Shown piece by piece: positions 10,126 through 21,015 of a stretch of 64,000 nucleotides of DNA (the first letter of the stretch is position 1; the number at the start of each line of letters is the position of its first letter). A program made the translations under genes and the position numbers. Source of the stretch: Candidatus Dormiibacterota bacterium (GTDB taxonomy: Bacteria > Chloroflexota > Dormibacteria > Aeolococcales > Aeolococcaceae). Where the stretch lies: contig CAWEEP010000011.1 in assembly GCA_963808125.1 (NCBI GenBank), positions 11,246 to 75,245 on the forward strand. Reading direction: 5' to 3'. A model generated the notes under the pieces. That model worked only from the letters and a program-made list of their open reading frames with translations, was not told the origin of the DNA and searched no databases.

Positions 10126-11394
10126 ATGGTCCTGACCCAGCGGGGGGCGGTCTCTCCCCGCGGTGGCACGAGGCAGGCCAAGGGCCGGCGCGTTCTCATC
10201 GTCTGCCCGGAGGCGCCGTCACCACCGACGTGGGGCTTCGCCCTGCGCGTCCACCACCTCGCCCTGCAGCTGGCCAAGCACAACAGCGTAAGCATGCTCA
10301 CCTACGGCACCCCCGACGACGGACGTGACTGGGATGGGCTGCAGCGGATGCTCGACCAGGTCCACCGCGTTCCCCCGCCCGCGGCGCGGCACGCCCGGCG
10401 CCGGCAGCAGCTCGCCTCGCTCGGTGGTCGCACCTCCTTTCACCTCGGCGCCCTGCGCTCGGAGGCGATGCAGCGGGAGCTCGACACCTTGATCGCCAAC
10501 GGCGGCTTCGACATCGTCCAGGTGGAGTCGAGCCAGTTGATGTGCCTCGAGTTCCACGGCACGACGCCGGTCGTGCTCGACGAGCACAACATCGAGTACC
10601 AGCTCCTCGGGCGGGTGGCCGGCATCGAGAGCTCTGCGGTCCGGCGGCTGTTCGGCCGGGTCGAGGCGGCGAAGGTGGAACGGGAAGAGCGCCGCGCGTG
10701 GTCGGTGGCCGACGGGTGCGTGGCCACCTCGGCGGTGGATGAGGCGGTGATCCGTGCGGCCCGGCCCGAGATGCCGACCGCGGTGGTGCCCAACGCGGTC
10801 GACACCGACTACTTTCACCCCAGGGCGACCTCGGCGGATCCGGAGGGCATGGTCTTCGTCGCCAGCCTCAGCTACCGTCCCAACACCGACGCCGTGGTGT
10901 GGTTCACAGACCAGGTTCTGCCTCGCGTCCGCCGGGCGCGCCCCGGCGCGGTGCTGACCGTGGTGGGGAAGGGCACGCCGGCCTGGCTTCGGCGGCTGGA
11001 GGGCCCCGGCGTGGTGGTCACCGGCGCGGTCGACGACGTGCGGCCCCACCTCGAGCGGGCCAGTGTGGTGGTCGCCCCCCTGCGCGTGGGAAGCGGAACC
11101 CGCCTCAAGGTCCTCGAGGGCCTCTCCACGGCCAAGCCCGTCGTCTCCACGACGCTGGGTGCCGAGGGGCTCGACGTCACCGACGGCGAGCATCTGCTGC
11201 TGGCGGACGATCCCGCCGAGATGGCCGATGCGATCCTCCGCGTCATTGCGGACGAGGCGCTCGCCGCCCGCCTCGGAGCAGCCGGCCGTGCCCTGGTGCT
11301 GGAGAGGTACGGCTGGGCCGGCGCGGCCGCCCGCCTCGAGGCCTTCCACGCCCAGGTCGCCGGGATTCAGGTGGGAGGGGCGGCGTGGCGATGA
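10126..11394 (+). CDS. GT4 glycosyltransferase
   Basis: 'VLDEHNIEY', 'PNAVDTDYF' and 'PLRVGSGTRLKVLEGLSTAKPVVST'. Confidence 0.85.
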   Translation: MVLTQRGAVSPRGGTRQAKGRRVLIVCPEAPSPPTWGFALRVHHLALQLAKHNSVSMLTYGTPDDGRDWDGLQRMLDQVHRVPPPAARHARRRQQLASLGGRTSFHLGALRSEAMQRELDTLIANGGFDIVQVESSQLMCLEFHGTTPVVLDEHNIEYQLLGRVAGIESSAVRRLFGRVEAAKVEREERRAWSVADGCVATSAVDEAVIRAARPEMPTAVVPNAVDTDYFHPRATSADPEGMVFVASLSYRPNTDAVVWFTDQVLPRVRRARPGAVLTVVGKGTPAWLRRLEGPGVVVTGAVDDVRPHLERASVVVAPLRVGSGTRLKVLEGLSTAKPVVSTTLGAEGLDVTDGEHLLLADDPAEMADAILRVIADEALAARLGAAGRALVLERYGWAGAAARLEAFHAQVAGIQVGGAAWR

Positions 11395-12278
11395 GTTCCT
11401 TCGCGGGGGTCCCAGGCGAGGCGAACGCCCTCCGAGCCCAGGACGGGAACGCAGCCATCTTCGACGAGGCCAGCGGCTACTACCGCCGGCTGCGCTGGGA
11501 GAAGAACCGCATCGCCCTCCAGGAGAAGGACCAGACACGCCGGGTCCTGGAGGAGGAGCTGGGGAGCGGGAACGTCGGAACCGCCCTGGAGATCGGTTGC
11601 GGTCCTGGGACCTGGACCCCTCTCCTGGCGGAACGCGCCGGCCGGGTGGTCGCTCTCGACCTCTCGCCGGGGATGCTGGAGCAAGCCCGCCGTGCCGTCC
11701 CCGACGAGCGCGTTCGCTTCGTGCAGGGCGACGCCGCCGAGTTCGACGCCGACGGCGGCTTCGACCTGGTGATGAGCGTCAGAGTTCTCGAGTACGTCCC
11801 CGAGTGGAACGAGATCGTCGGGCGGCTGGGCCGGCTGGTCGCCCCCGGGGGGCGGGCCGTGATCATCACCAAGACCCCCATCTCCGTCTGGCGCGGTACC
11901 GGCCGTTCGCGCTGGTTCGGACCGCGGACCCTGCTGCGCCGGCTGGCGCGCAAGGAGGTCGATCCCGGTTTCTGGCAGCGCTACATCCCCGTTCGCGAGC
12001 TGTCGCGCGCCTTCGCCGCCGCCGGGATGGTCGACGTCCGGGTGCGCCCCGTCATCCTGGGCCTTCCTGTTTACGCTCGCGGCACCAAGCAGTACCCGAT
12101 CATCCCCGGGTTCGCCGAGAAGCCGGTTCTCGCCGCCACACAGGCGGTGTGGCGGTGGGTGTCGCGGCGCGGTCGCCGCGCCCGGGTGGCCTCGCTCCCC
12201 TTCTCCGAGTCGTACGCGGTGTCGGGCCGCCGGCCCACGGCGGGGGAGCCCGCGCCGTCCGTGGCGGCAGCGCCGTGA
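11391..12278 (+). CDS. Class I SAM-dependent methyltransferase
   Basis: Motif I 'ALEIGCGPG', 'LDLSPGML', 'QGDA', 'RVLEY'; ATGA overlap with the GT4 stop. Confidence 0.85.
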   Translation: MSSFAGVPGEANALRAQDGNAAIFDEASGYYRRLRWEKNRIALQEKDQTRRVLEEELGSGNVGTALEIGCGPGTWTPLLAERAGRVVALDLSPGMLEQARRAVPDERVRFVQGDAAEFDADGGFDLVMSVRVLEYVPEWNEIVGRLGRLVAPGGRAVIITKTPISVWRGTGRSRWFGPRTLLRRLARKEVDPGFWQRYIPVRELSRAFAAAGMVDVRVRPVILGLPVYARGTKQYPIIPGFAEKPVLAATQAVWRWVSRRGRRARVASLPFSESYAVSGRRPTAGEPAPSVAAAP

Positions 12279-13036
12279 GCGCGGTCATGGAGCGCCCAGA
12301 GTCGTTCAGTCCCGCCGTCTACACGGACGGCCGCTACCCCGACCTCTTCCGTCCTGAGGACAGGAGGAACTCGCTCCGCCGCCTCTACGCCGTCAAGCGC
12401 CGCGACATCCTGGAGATCGCCGGGCGACAGCCTGGCAGGGTGCTCGACTTGGGCGGGGGACCCGGGCGGATCGCGGTGCCGCTGGCGCGGGACCACGCCG
12501 TCACCCTGGCGGACATCTCCCAGGAGATGCTCGAGCGTGCCCGGGCGGCGGCCGCAGCGTCGGGCGTCGCGCCCGATGCCCTGTCGCTGGTGCAGCTCGA
12601 CGCCCGCGCCCCGCTTCCCTTCGCCTCTGGCAGTTTCGAGATCGCCGTCGCCGCTGATCTCCTCGTGCACCTGCCCGATCCCACCGCCGCGCTCCGGGAG
12701 CTCCGCCGCGTTCTCGCCCCGGGCGGGCGGGCGATCATCGACACCACCAACCGGCACCCGCAGTGGATGCTCCGTTACCCAGGCTATGCCGGGAGACGGC
12801 CAGGTCGGTGGTTGCGGACGTGGCGCGCCGGTGGGGTGCTGCCCGGATGGACCGGCATCGTCACCCACCACAGTCGCGGCGAGTTTCGCCGCATGATCGC
12901 CGACGCGGGCCTGCTCATCGTCGAGGAGCGCGCCTACGGTCCCCGTCCGGTTCCCACATGGATGCTCGCGGTCTGTGAGAGGCCGCTGGCGGACGGGGCG
13001 CCACCAGTCCCCGTCACAGCGGCGGAGCGGACGTGA
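12275..13036 (+). CDS. Class I SAM-dependent methyltransferase (type 11)
   Basis: 'VLDLGGGPG', 'ADISQEML', 'LPFASGSF', 'LVHLPDP...RVLAPGG'; GTGA coupling at both ends. Confidence 0.85.
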   Translation: MSAVMERPESFSPAVYTDGRYPDLFRPEDRRNSLRRLYAVKRRDILEIAGRQPGRVLDLGGGPGRIAVPLARDHAVTLADISQEMLERARAAAAASGVAPDALSLVQLDARAPLPFASGSFEIAVAADLLVHLPDPTAALRELRRVLAPGGRAIIDTTNRHPQWMLRYPGYAGRRPGRWLRTWRAGGVLPGWTGIVTHHSRGEFRRMIADAGLLIVEERAYGPRPVPTWMLAVCERPLADGAPPVPVTAAERT

Positions 13037-16000
13037 TCCGGCATCCCGGACGTCTGACCTGTCTGGCAGCGGGCGCCGCCGTCGTCGTATCGGTCTTCCA
13101 GGCGGCGGGAGCCGGAGCGACCTCTCCGCCCACACCGGCCTTCGTCCAGGGGGCGTCCACCATCGGCTCGAGCCTGACCCTGCCCAAGGCGGTGACGGCG
13201 GGCGACCTGCTGGTCGCCGGCATCACCACCAACGACGCCGGGACCGACCCCGTCACCGGTGTCTCCGATGGCGCCAACGGCAGCTGGACCAGGGCGACCT
13301 CCCTGGCCTACGGCAACGGCCACGTCGATCTCTACTACCTGCAGAACTCCAAGGCGGGGAGCCTCACCGTCGCCCTGGCGGGAAGCGGCGGCGGCGCCCT
13401 GACCGTCGCCGAGTACTCCGGCATCGCCACCAGCGCCGCCCTTGATCAGGTGAGCAGCGCCACCGGCAGCGGCAGCGCCCTCAAGGCCGGGCCCACCGCC
13501 ACCATCGGCGGCTCCGGTGAGCTGGTGGTCGGCCTGGGCGGTCAGAGCAACGTCGGCAGCGGCCTGACGGCCGGCAGCGGCTTCACCCTGCGCGAATCCG
13601 CCGTCTCCAACTGGTGGGCGGTGAACGGCTTGGAGGACTCCCTCTCCACCTCCAGCTCCGGCCAGTCGATGACCATGACCTCCGGCTCCGCCCAGTACTT
13701 CGGCGCCGTCGTCGCCGTCTTCAAGGCGGGCGGGACGGCCACCGGCCCCGCCGCGGCGCTGAACCTCAGCCCCACCGCGACGCCGGTGAATCACCCGGTG
13801 ACGGCCAGCGCGGCGGCCTCGACTGCCGGCGCGAACCCCATCTCCAGCTACACGTTCAGCTTCGGGGACGGCACCACCGCCGGACCCCAGAGCTCGGCCA
13901 CCGCGACTCACAACTACACAGCGGGCGGCCTCTACACCGTCAGCGTCACCGTCACGGACAGCGTCGGCGCCACCTCCATCGCCACGGCCCAGGAGTCGGT
14001 GGGCCAGCCGACGGCCGCGCTGACGGTGACACCGTCGTCGGGGAGCGCGCCGCTCCCGGTGACGGCGAACGCGTCGGGCTCAACCGATCCGATCGCCATC
14101 ACGGGCTACACCTTCAGCTTCGGCGACGGCACCACCGTCGGACCCCAGACCGCGGCCACCGCCACCCACACCTACTCGGCGGCCGCCACCTTCACGGTGA
14201 GCGTCACGGTCACCGACGCCTCCGGGGCGTCGTCGTCCGCCTCCACCACGGTCAGCGTCCAGAACGGTCCGACGGCGGCGTTGATACTGACCCCTGCATC
14301 GGGGTCGGCCCCTGTGCCGGTGACGGCCAGCGCCGCCGGATCGAAGGCGGGCGGCAACCCGATCTCCACCTACACCTTCAGCTTCGGTGACGGCACCACG
14401 GTCGGCCCCCAGAGTTCGGCGACCGCCACCCACACCTACTCCGCGGCGGGCGCCTACACCGTCACCGTCACCGTCACCGACAGCGCCGGAGCCTCGTCGA
14501 ACGCCACCGCCCAGGAGACGGTCTCCATGCCGGCGGGGAGCGGGCCGATCGACGTCCAGGGGGCGTCCACCATCGGCTCGAGCCTGACCCTGCCCAAGGC
14601 GGTGACGGCGGGCGACCTGCTGGTCGCCGGCATCACCACCAGCGACTTCGGGGACCGACCCCGTCACCGGCGTCTCCGATGGCGCCAACGGCAGCTGGAC
14701 CAGGGCGACCTCCCTGGCCTACGGCAACGGCCACGTCGATCTCTACTACCTGCAGAACTCCAAGGCGGGGAGCCTCACCGTCGCCCTGGCGGGAAGCGGC
14801 GGCGGCGCCCTGACCGTCGCCGAGTACTCCGGCATCGCCACCAGCGCCGCCCTTGATCAGGTGAGCAGCGCCACCGGCAGCGGCAGCGCCCTCAAGGCCG
14901 GGCCCACCGCCACCATCGGCGGCTCCGGTGAGCTGGTGGTCGGCCTGGGCGGTCAGAGCAACGTCGGCAGCGGCCTGACGGCCGGCAGCGGCTTCACCCT
15001 GCGCGAATCCGCCGTCTCCAACTGGTGGGCGGTGAACGGCTTGGAGGACTCCCTCTCCACCTCCAGCTCCGGCCAGTCGATGACCATGACCTCCGGCTCC
15101 GCCCAGTACTTCGGCGCCGTCGTCGCCGTCTTCAAGGCGGGAACCGTGAATGCCGGGCCGTCGGCGGCCCTGGCGCTGACCCCGGCGGCGACCCCGGTGT
15201 CGCAGCTGGTCACCGCCAGCGCCGCGGGATCGACGGCCGGTTCCCATCCCATCTCCAGCTACACGTTCACCTTCGGGGACGGCACCACCGTCGGGCCCCA
15301 GAGCTCGGCGACCGCGACTCACAACTACACAGCGGGCGGCCTCTACACCGTCAGTGTCACCGTCACCGACAGCGTCGGCGCCATCTCCGTGGCCACGGCC
15401 CAGGAGACCGTGGGGCAGCCCTCGGCCGCTCTCAAGGTGACCCCTTCCTCCGGGACACCGCCGCTCCCGGTGACCGCGAACGCGTCGGGCTCCACCGATC
15501 CGATCGCCATCACGGGCTACACCTTCAGCTTCGGCGACGGCACCACCGTCGGGCCCCAGACCGCGGCCACCGCTACCCACACCTACTCGGCCGTGGGTAC
15601 CTTCACGGTGAGCGTCACCGTCACCGACGCGTCCGGGGCGTCGTCAGTCGCCACCACCTCGGTCAGCGTCCAGAACGGGCCGACGGCCGCGTTGGCGCTG
15701 ACCCCGGCGTCGGGCAAGGCACCCCTGCCGGTGACGGCCAGCGCCGCGGGCTCGAAGGCGGGCGGCAACCTGATCTCCACCTACACCTTCAGCTTCGGTG
15801 ACGGCACGACGGTCGGCCCCCAGAGTTCGTCCAGTGCCGCCCACACGTACACGACGGGCGGCGTCTACACGGTCACAGTCACCGTCACCGACAGCGGCGG
15901 CCTGTTCTCCTCCGCCACGGCGCAGGAGACGGTGGGGCAGCCCACCGCCAGCCTCACCGCGGCCCAGGTGAAGGGCGGGGCGCCCCTGTCGGTGACCGCC

Positions 16001-19000
16001 AGCGCCGCCGCCTCGACCGACCCGATCGCCATCACGGGCTACACCTTCAACTTCGGGGACGGCACCACGTTGGGTCCGCAGAGCGGGGCCACCGCGACGC
16101 ACCAGTACGCGGCCGCCGGCACCTACACCGTCTCGGTCACGGTCGCTGACGGCTCGGGCGCGTCGGCAACCACCTCGACTGCGGTCTCCATCGTGCAGGG
16201 TCCGACCGCAGCGCTGACACTCAGCCCGCCGTCGGGCCAGGCGCCGCTTCCCGTGACCGCCAGTGCGGCGGCGTCGGCCGCCGGCGCGAACCCCATCACC
16301 GGCTACACCTTCACCTTCGGCGACGGGTCCGCGAGTGTCAGTGGGAGCAGCGCCACAGCCGCCCACACCTACACCGCGGCGGGCACCTACGCAGTCTCGG
16401 TCACCGTCACCGACAGTGACGGTCTGACCTCCCTGGCGACGGCGTCGGCGGTGGTGAGCTCGTCCTTCGTCGTCCAGGACACGTTCCAGCGTGCCAACCA
16501 GACCGGTTGGGGAACCGCGAGCGGCGGCGGCGCCTGGGCGCAGACGGCCGGGACCGCCTCGACGACCTCGATCGCAGCGGACGAGGGGACGATCACCAAC
16601 ACCGCCTCGGGGAGCGACTACGAGATCCTGGGGTCCGCGACCGCCGCAGATGGCAACGGCCTCGTGCGCTTCTCAGTCGGCGCCGCGAACGACACGGCCG
16701 GCATCGTCTTCCGCGACGCATCGGCGGGGAACCTGGACCTCGCCCGGTTCGGTGGTAGCGGCAACCTCGAGTTCATGGTCGATACCGGCGGAACTTGGAC
16801 CATCGTCGAGAACCTCTCCGTCAACGTCACCGTCGGCACCTACTACTGGCTGCGAGTTCGAAGTCCAGGGGACCAGCGCCTACATGAAGCTCTGGCCCGA
16901 CGGCACCGTCGAGCCGACGTCGTGGACCTGGTCTGGGACGAGCGGCGCCAACACGGCCGCCGGCACCATGGGCCTCTACGGTTGGTCGGGGCCCGGGGCG
17001 CCAGTGGACTTCAACTCATTCTCCGTCGCCGCCGTGAGCGGTTCGTCGCCGCCACCCGATTCCACCATCGAGGGCAGCGTCATGGACTCCGCCACCGACG
17101 CTCCCATCGCCGGGGTCCAGGTGTCCACCGTCCCGGCCACGACCACCGCCACCACCACCGCCTCGGGAAGCTACTCACTCGCCGTTCCGGCGGCCACGTA
17201 CACCGTGCTGTTCACCGGCGCCGCGGCGGGGTACAACGCCAACTTCGTGAGCGGCGTCGTGGCTCCGTCGGAAGGAAGTGTGACGACCCCCATCGAGCCC
17301 CTCGTCGCCATCTCCCCAGGGCAGGCGGTGGACCTCTTCACGCAACCGAACCAGACGGGCGGCTGGTCGCCCTCCACCGATGGCAACACGTGGAACAGCG
17401 ATCTCGGTACCAGCAACAACGGGGTGGTCGTCACCAGCAGCCAGGTGGGCATCACCGGCGAGCAGGCCTTCGTCGATACCTCCGGATCGACCGGGGCCGA
17501 CTTCGACAACTGGATGGGGTACCAGTACCAGAACCAGGAGGTCAGCGCCCAGCTGAAGATCACCAGCGTGGTCAGCGATCCGGTCAACGCGCACGGGGCG
17601 CGGCTCCTCGCCAGGGTCCAGCAGCTTGGCGCGAACGACGACGACACCCTCGTGGAGATGACCGTCGACCCGTACAACACGTCGGAGCCCGCCTATCCGA
17701 ACGGTGACCTCTCTCTCTGGGTGGCGGTCAACGGCACGTGGACCGAGGTGGCCATCCAGGCGGAGAGCGTCGCCCTCAACACCCTCTACAACGCCCAGCT
17801 CGAAGTCGTGGGCGGCCTGGTGGAGGGCCGCATCTGGCCCTCCGGCGGCGCGCAGCCGGGGTGGATGATCGAGGGCACGCAGACGGCACTCACCGGGGCG
17901 GGCCAGGCCGGGACGCGGACGACCGGCGCCTACGTCGACTGGGCCGACTTCACCCAGACGCCGATCACCCAGATCAGCGGGACGGTGACGGCGTCCGCGA
18001 GCGGCACCCCGCTGAGCGGAGCCACGGTGACCCTGAGCGGCGGCACGAGCACCACGACCGACGCCAGCGGTGACTACACCTTCGGCGGTCTGACCGGTGG
18101 GGACACCTACACGGTCACCGTGAGCGACAGCGGCTACACGACGGAGTTGACCTCGCTGACGCCGGCGGCGGGGACGACGGCGAACGCCAGCGTCGCCCTC
18201 CCCTCCGCCTCGGGCTCCTGCTCCACCGGCGGCCTGACCACCTCGACGCAGATCCAGAGCGGCGTCACCAACGGCCCGCCCAACAACCAGACGGAGACCG
18301 ACTACACCTACATCGACCAGTCCGGCAACGGCTGGCGCGTCGGCACCATCCCCGGCTATGGCGGCGCCAACATCGCCATGTGGTACGAGGTGGACGCCTG
18401 CTCCGTCGGGCCAACTCAATCGGCCCTCGACACGACCAGCCCCGACGACCTGGCCCATGACTACACGCAGTCACTGTCGAACAACTTCGTGGGCTCGGAG
18501 AACAGCCCGTACACCCAGGTCCAGCTGCCGCCCAGCATCCCCGCCTTCCGCGCCGCCATGCAGGCAACGGTGCCGTCGACCGGTGTGGACGCCAATGGGT
18601 TCGTCCACACCGTCACCACGTATGTCTACCCGGGCAGCCCTGGCTTCATCGTCGACCGCTTCGACATCACCAACCCGTCGAGTTCGCCCATTCTGCTGTC
18701 TCCCACCCAGCCGATCCAGTTCTGGACCATCAGCGGTCTGGAGCAGGCGAATAGCACTTGGGCGCCGGCCGACGGCGGATACGGGACCGTGGGAGGCAGC
18801 GCTGTCCAGGGGCTGCCGACGGCGGCCACATCCGCTTCCCCCGACTACTTCTACATCGTCCCGTCGTCGGGGTCGGGGGTGAGCGACGGGGTGACAGCGG
18901 TCCTCGCCACCCAGCTGTCGACGCTGAACCTGGGCAACCTCCAGATTGAGACCCTGGTCAACGGCAACAGGCTCAAGGTGGGCGTCTTCGGCGACAACGC

Positions 19001-19457
19001 GGTCGCCGGACAGGACTACTCCTTCCCCGCCGGCACCACCATCACCTTCTACCTGCTGCAGACCATCAGCCGCAGTCTGACGGCAGCGCAGGCGGAGAGC
19101 ATCGCCGCGGACTACCTGAATCCCGACAGCCCATCGATGACCACCGGCGCCTTCGACGGTTTCAACCGAGGGCAAGGTCTGTACACCTTCACGGCATCGG
19201 CCAACACCGCCACCTTCACGCCGACCTTCTCCTCGACCGTCCCCGAGCGCTGGCTCGACATCTACGCCATCGACGGCTACACGTCCTCGTCAATGCCGGC
19301 GGTGAGCATCGGCGGCGTCGCCCTCACCCTCGGTGTGCAGTACATCGCCGCCGTCGATACGGCGGACCACGTCGCCTACGTGAAGCTCATGGAGCCTCTC
19401 GTCCCGGGCACACCGGGCGCCGGTCAACTGCAAGCGGGCTCGATCACCATCAGCTAA
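13033..19457 (+). CDS. ~2,100-aa secreted PKD-repeat protein (frameshifts ~14651 and ~16858)
   Basis: Signal peptide; 2 copies of a ~195-aa beta domain; 8 PKD repeats (YTFxFGDG...HTY...YTVxVTVTD); 2 ConA/lectin-like domains; 2 carboxypeptidase-regulatory-like domains; ~400-aa unknown C-terminal domain. Three ORFs join after single-base corrections. Confidence 0.75.
13144..15141 (+). repeat. Intragenic duplication: 13144-13730 vs 14554-15141 (~587 bp near-identical; period 1410 bp)
   Basis: Direct comparison shows identity except aacgacgccggg vs agcgacttcgggg and one ggt/ggc change. The following PKD triplets are also duplicated but more diverged. Confidence 0.9.
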
Positions 19458-19476
19458 CCGCGACGGCCGGGGGCGT

Positions 19477-20334
19477 TCAGGCCGCGGCGGACCGCCGCCG
19501 GGCAAGGCGCAGGTTCATCGGCTCGAAGCCCAGGCGCGCCTGCAGGTAGCGCTGTCCCGGCGTCAGGTGGAAGGCGCTGCGCACGAAGATGTAGCGGACC
19601 CGCTCGGCCGCCAGCTGCCTCACCACGCCGACGTTGAGGAGGTAGAGGGCCGCGTGGGCGGTCTCGGCCTTGTCGGTGATGCAGAGGTACAGATGAGCCC
19701 ACGTGCTGTCGACAACCACTGCGGCCAGGGCCTGTACGGCGCCGGACCCGTCGTCGACAACGAAAACTCGTGAGACCCCCCGGGCCACGTCACCGGCGAG
19801 CGAGTCCGCGTCCCAGAACTCGTCTCTCTGCAGCTTCAGGATCCTGGCGGCCTCCACGCGCACGGTCGCCGCGTCGGGGAGCTCACGGAAGGCGAAGCCC
19901 AGTTCCTCGGCGTGGTGGAGGTTGGTCCGCACCGCCTGACGCTTCCTGCCCTGCAGATACCGGTCGGGGTCCTCCGGAAGCCTGAGGACACCGACGGCCC
20001 GGCGGTTGACGTGGCGCAGGCGGTGGCGAAGGGACAGATTCCGGGCGATCTCCTGGCCGGGGGCGCCGGCGCCCACGGTCACCGTGATGCGGGGCAGCGC
20101 CCGGACGAAGGCCGTCATCTGGCGGATCGCGGCCCGCCGCGACACAGTGAAGGTGACCAGGGACAACACACCGGACCTGCCCGCCTGCGCCAAGTCGTGC
20201 TGGATCGCGCACACCGCCTCGATGGGGTCGGCCTCGGCCGTCGTCCTCGCCTCAGAACCGGAGGTCGAGCGCGCGGAGGTGGGGGCCGGCTCGGGCGGCG
20301 ACGGGTGGACGGGAGACGTGGGTGGGTGAGCCAA
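19477..20334 (-). CDS. GNAT-fold protein (FemAB/DUF2156-like), start uncertain
   Basis: 'VLRLPEDPDRYLQGRKRQAVRTNLHHAEELG' resembles the aminoacyl-transferase-type GNAT signature; acceptor half 'AHLYLCIT...ALYLLNVGVVRQL'. Confidence 0.55.
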   Translation of the reverse strand: MAHPPTSPVHPSPPEPAPTSARSTSGSEARTTAEADPIEAVCAIQHDLAQAGRSGVLSLVTFTVSRRAAIRQMTAFVRALPRITVTVGAGAPGQEIARNLSLRHRLRHVNRRAVGVLRLPEDPDRYLQGRKRQAVRTNLHHAEELGFAFRELPDAATVRVEAARILKLQRDEFWDADSLAGDVARGVSRVFVVDDGSGAVQALAAVVVDSTWAHLYLCITDKAETAHAALYLLNVGVVRQLAAERVRYIFVRSAFHLTPGQRYLQARLGFEPMNLRLARRRSAAA

Positions 20335-20751
20335 GAATTAGTACCTCGGCAGCGGCAGGGCAGTACCGACGCTTCGTGCCGGAGGGGCCGGCCCGGGTCG
20401 CCGTTTGTCTGCAGCGTATTCGCCGCGTGCGGCCAATGGTATCGGCATTCCCGCGAAGCGGTGGGCACGGCCTTTCGCGGTCCAGCGTCTGTCCCTGCCG
20501 ATTCGGGACTTACGCCCGCCCGATCGCCGGGGGCGGCGAGCACCCCGACGCGCCGCAGCAGCGTGGGGGGGGACCAGTGTCGGTGAATGACATTGGAGAT
20601 CCACCGGAAAGATGCCGTGCGGGCCGCCGGCCTTCCCCTCGGTTCAGGGCGGGCGGGCTCTGAGCCTGGCCGCTCACCACCGAGGTCGGCTTCGCGCTAG
20701 CCCCGAAGGTAGAGGCTCGAGCTTCCCGTGGCGCTGACGCTTCCCGGCAAA

Positions 20752-21015
20752 CTAGGCCTCTACGAGGATCACCAGAGTCTCGCCGATCACGCCGTCATAT
20801 GCCATCGCTTCGACCATCGGCTCGGTCTTCATCGCGGCCATGAGGGCATCCATGTCGGCAACATCCATCAGTACCGCCGCTCGGGTGGGGTTCTGCGGAT
20901 CGACGAACGTCCGGATGTTGGTGACGCCGAGGGGTCCGAAGACCTCCTCGCGCTTCGGCGAGGCAAGCCAATGCTTCTGGTCCTTGACATCGTGATGGCC
21001 GATCACAGTGGGCAT
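20752..21015 (-). CDS. 87-aa conserved hypothetical protein (dimeric alpha/beta-barrel-like)
   Basis: MPTVIGHHDVKDQKHWLASPKREEVFGPLG...; GGAG RBS upstream; globular amino-acid composition. Confidence 0.7.
   Translation of the reverse strand: MPTVIGHHDVKDQKHWLASPKREEVFGPLGVTNIRTFVDPQNPTRAAVLMDVADMDALMAAMKTEPMVEAMAYDGVIGETLVILVEA

Noticed and set aside
13700-16450. Regularly spaced repeats that could mimic a CRISPR array
   Set aside because: The repeats are in-frame ~260-bp PKD coding modules, with no short constant repeat/unique spacer structure and no cas genes.
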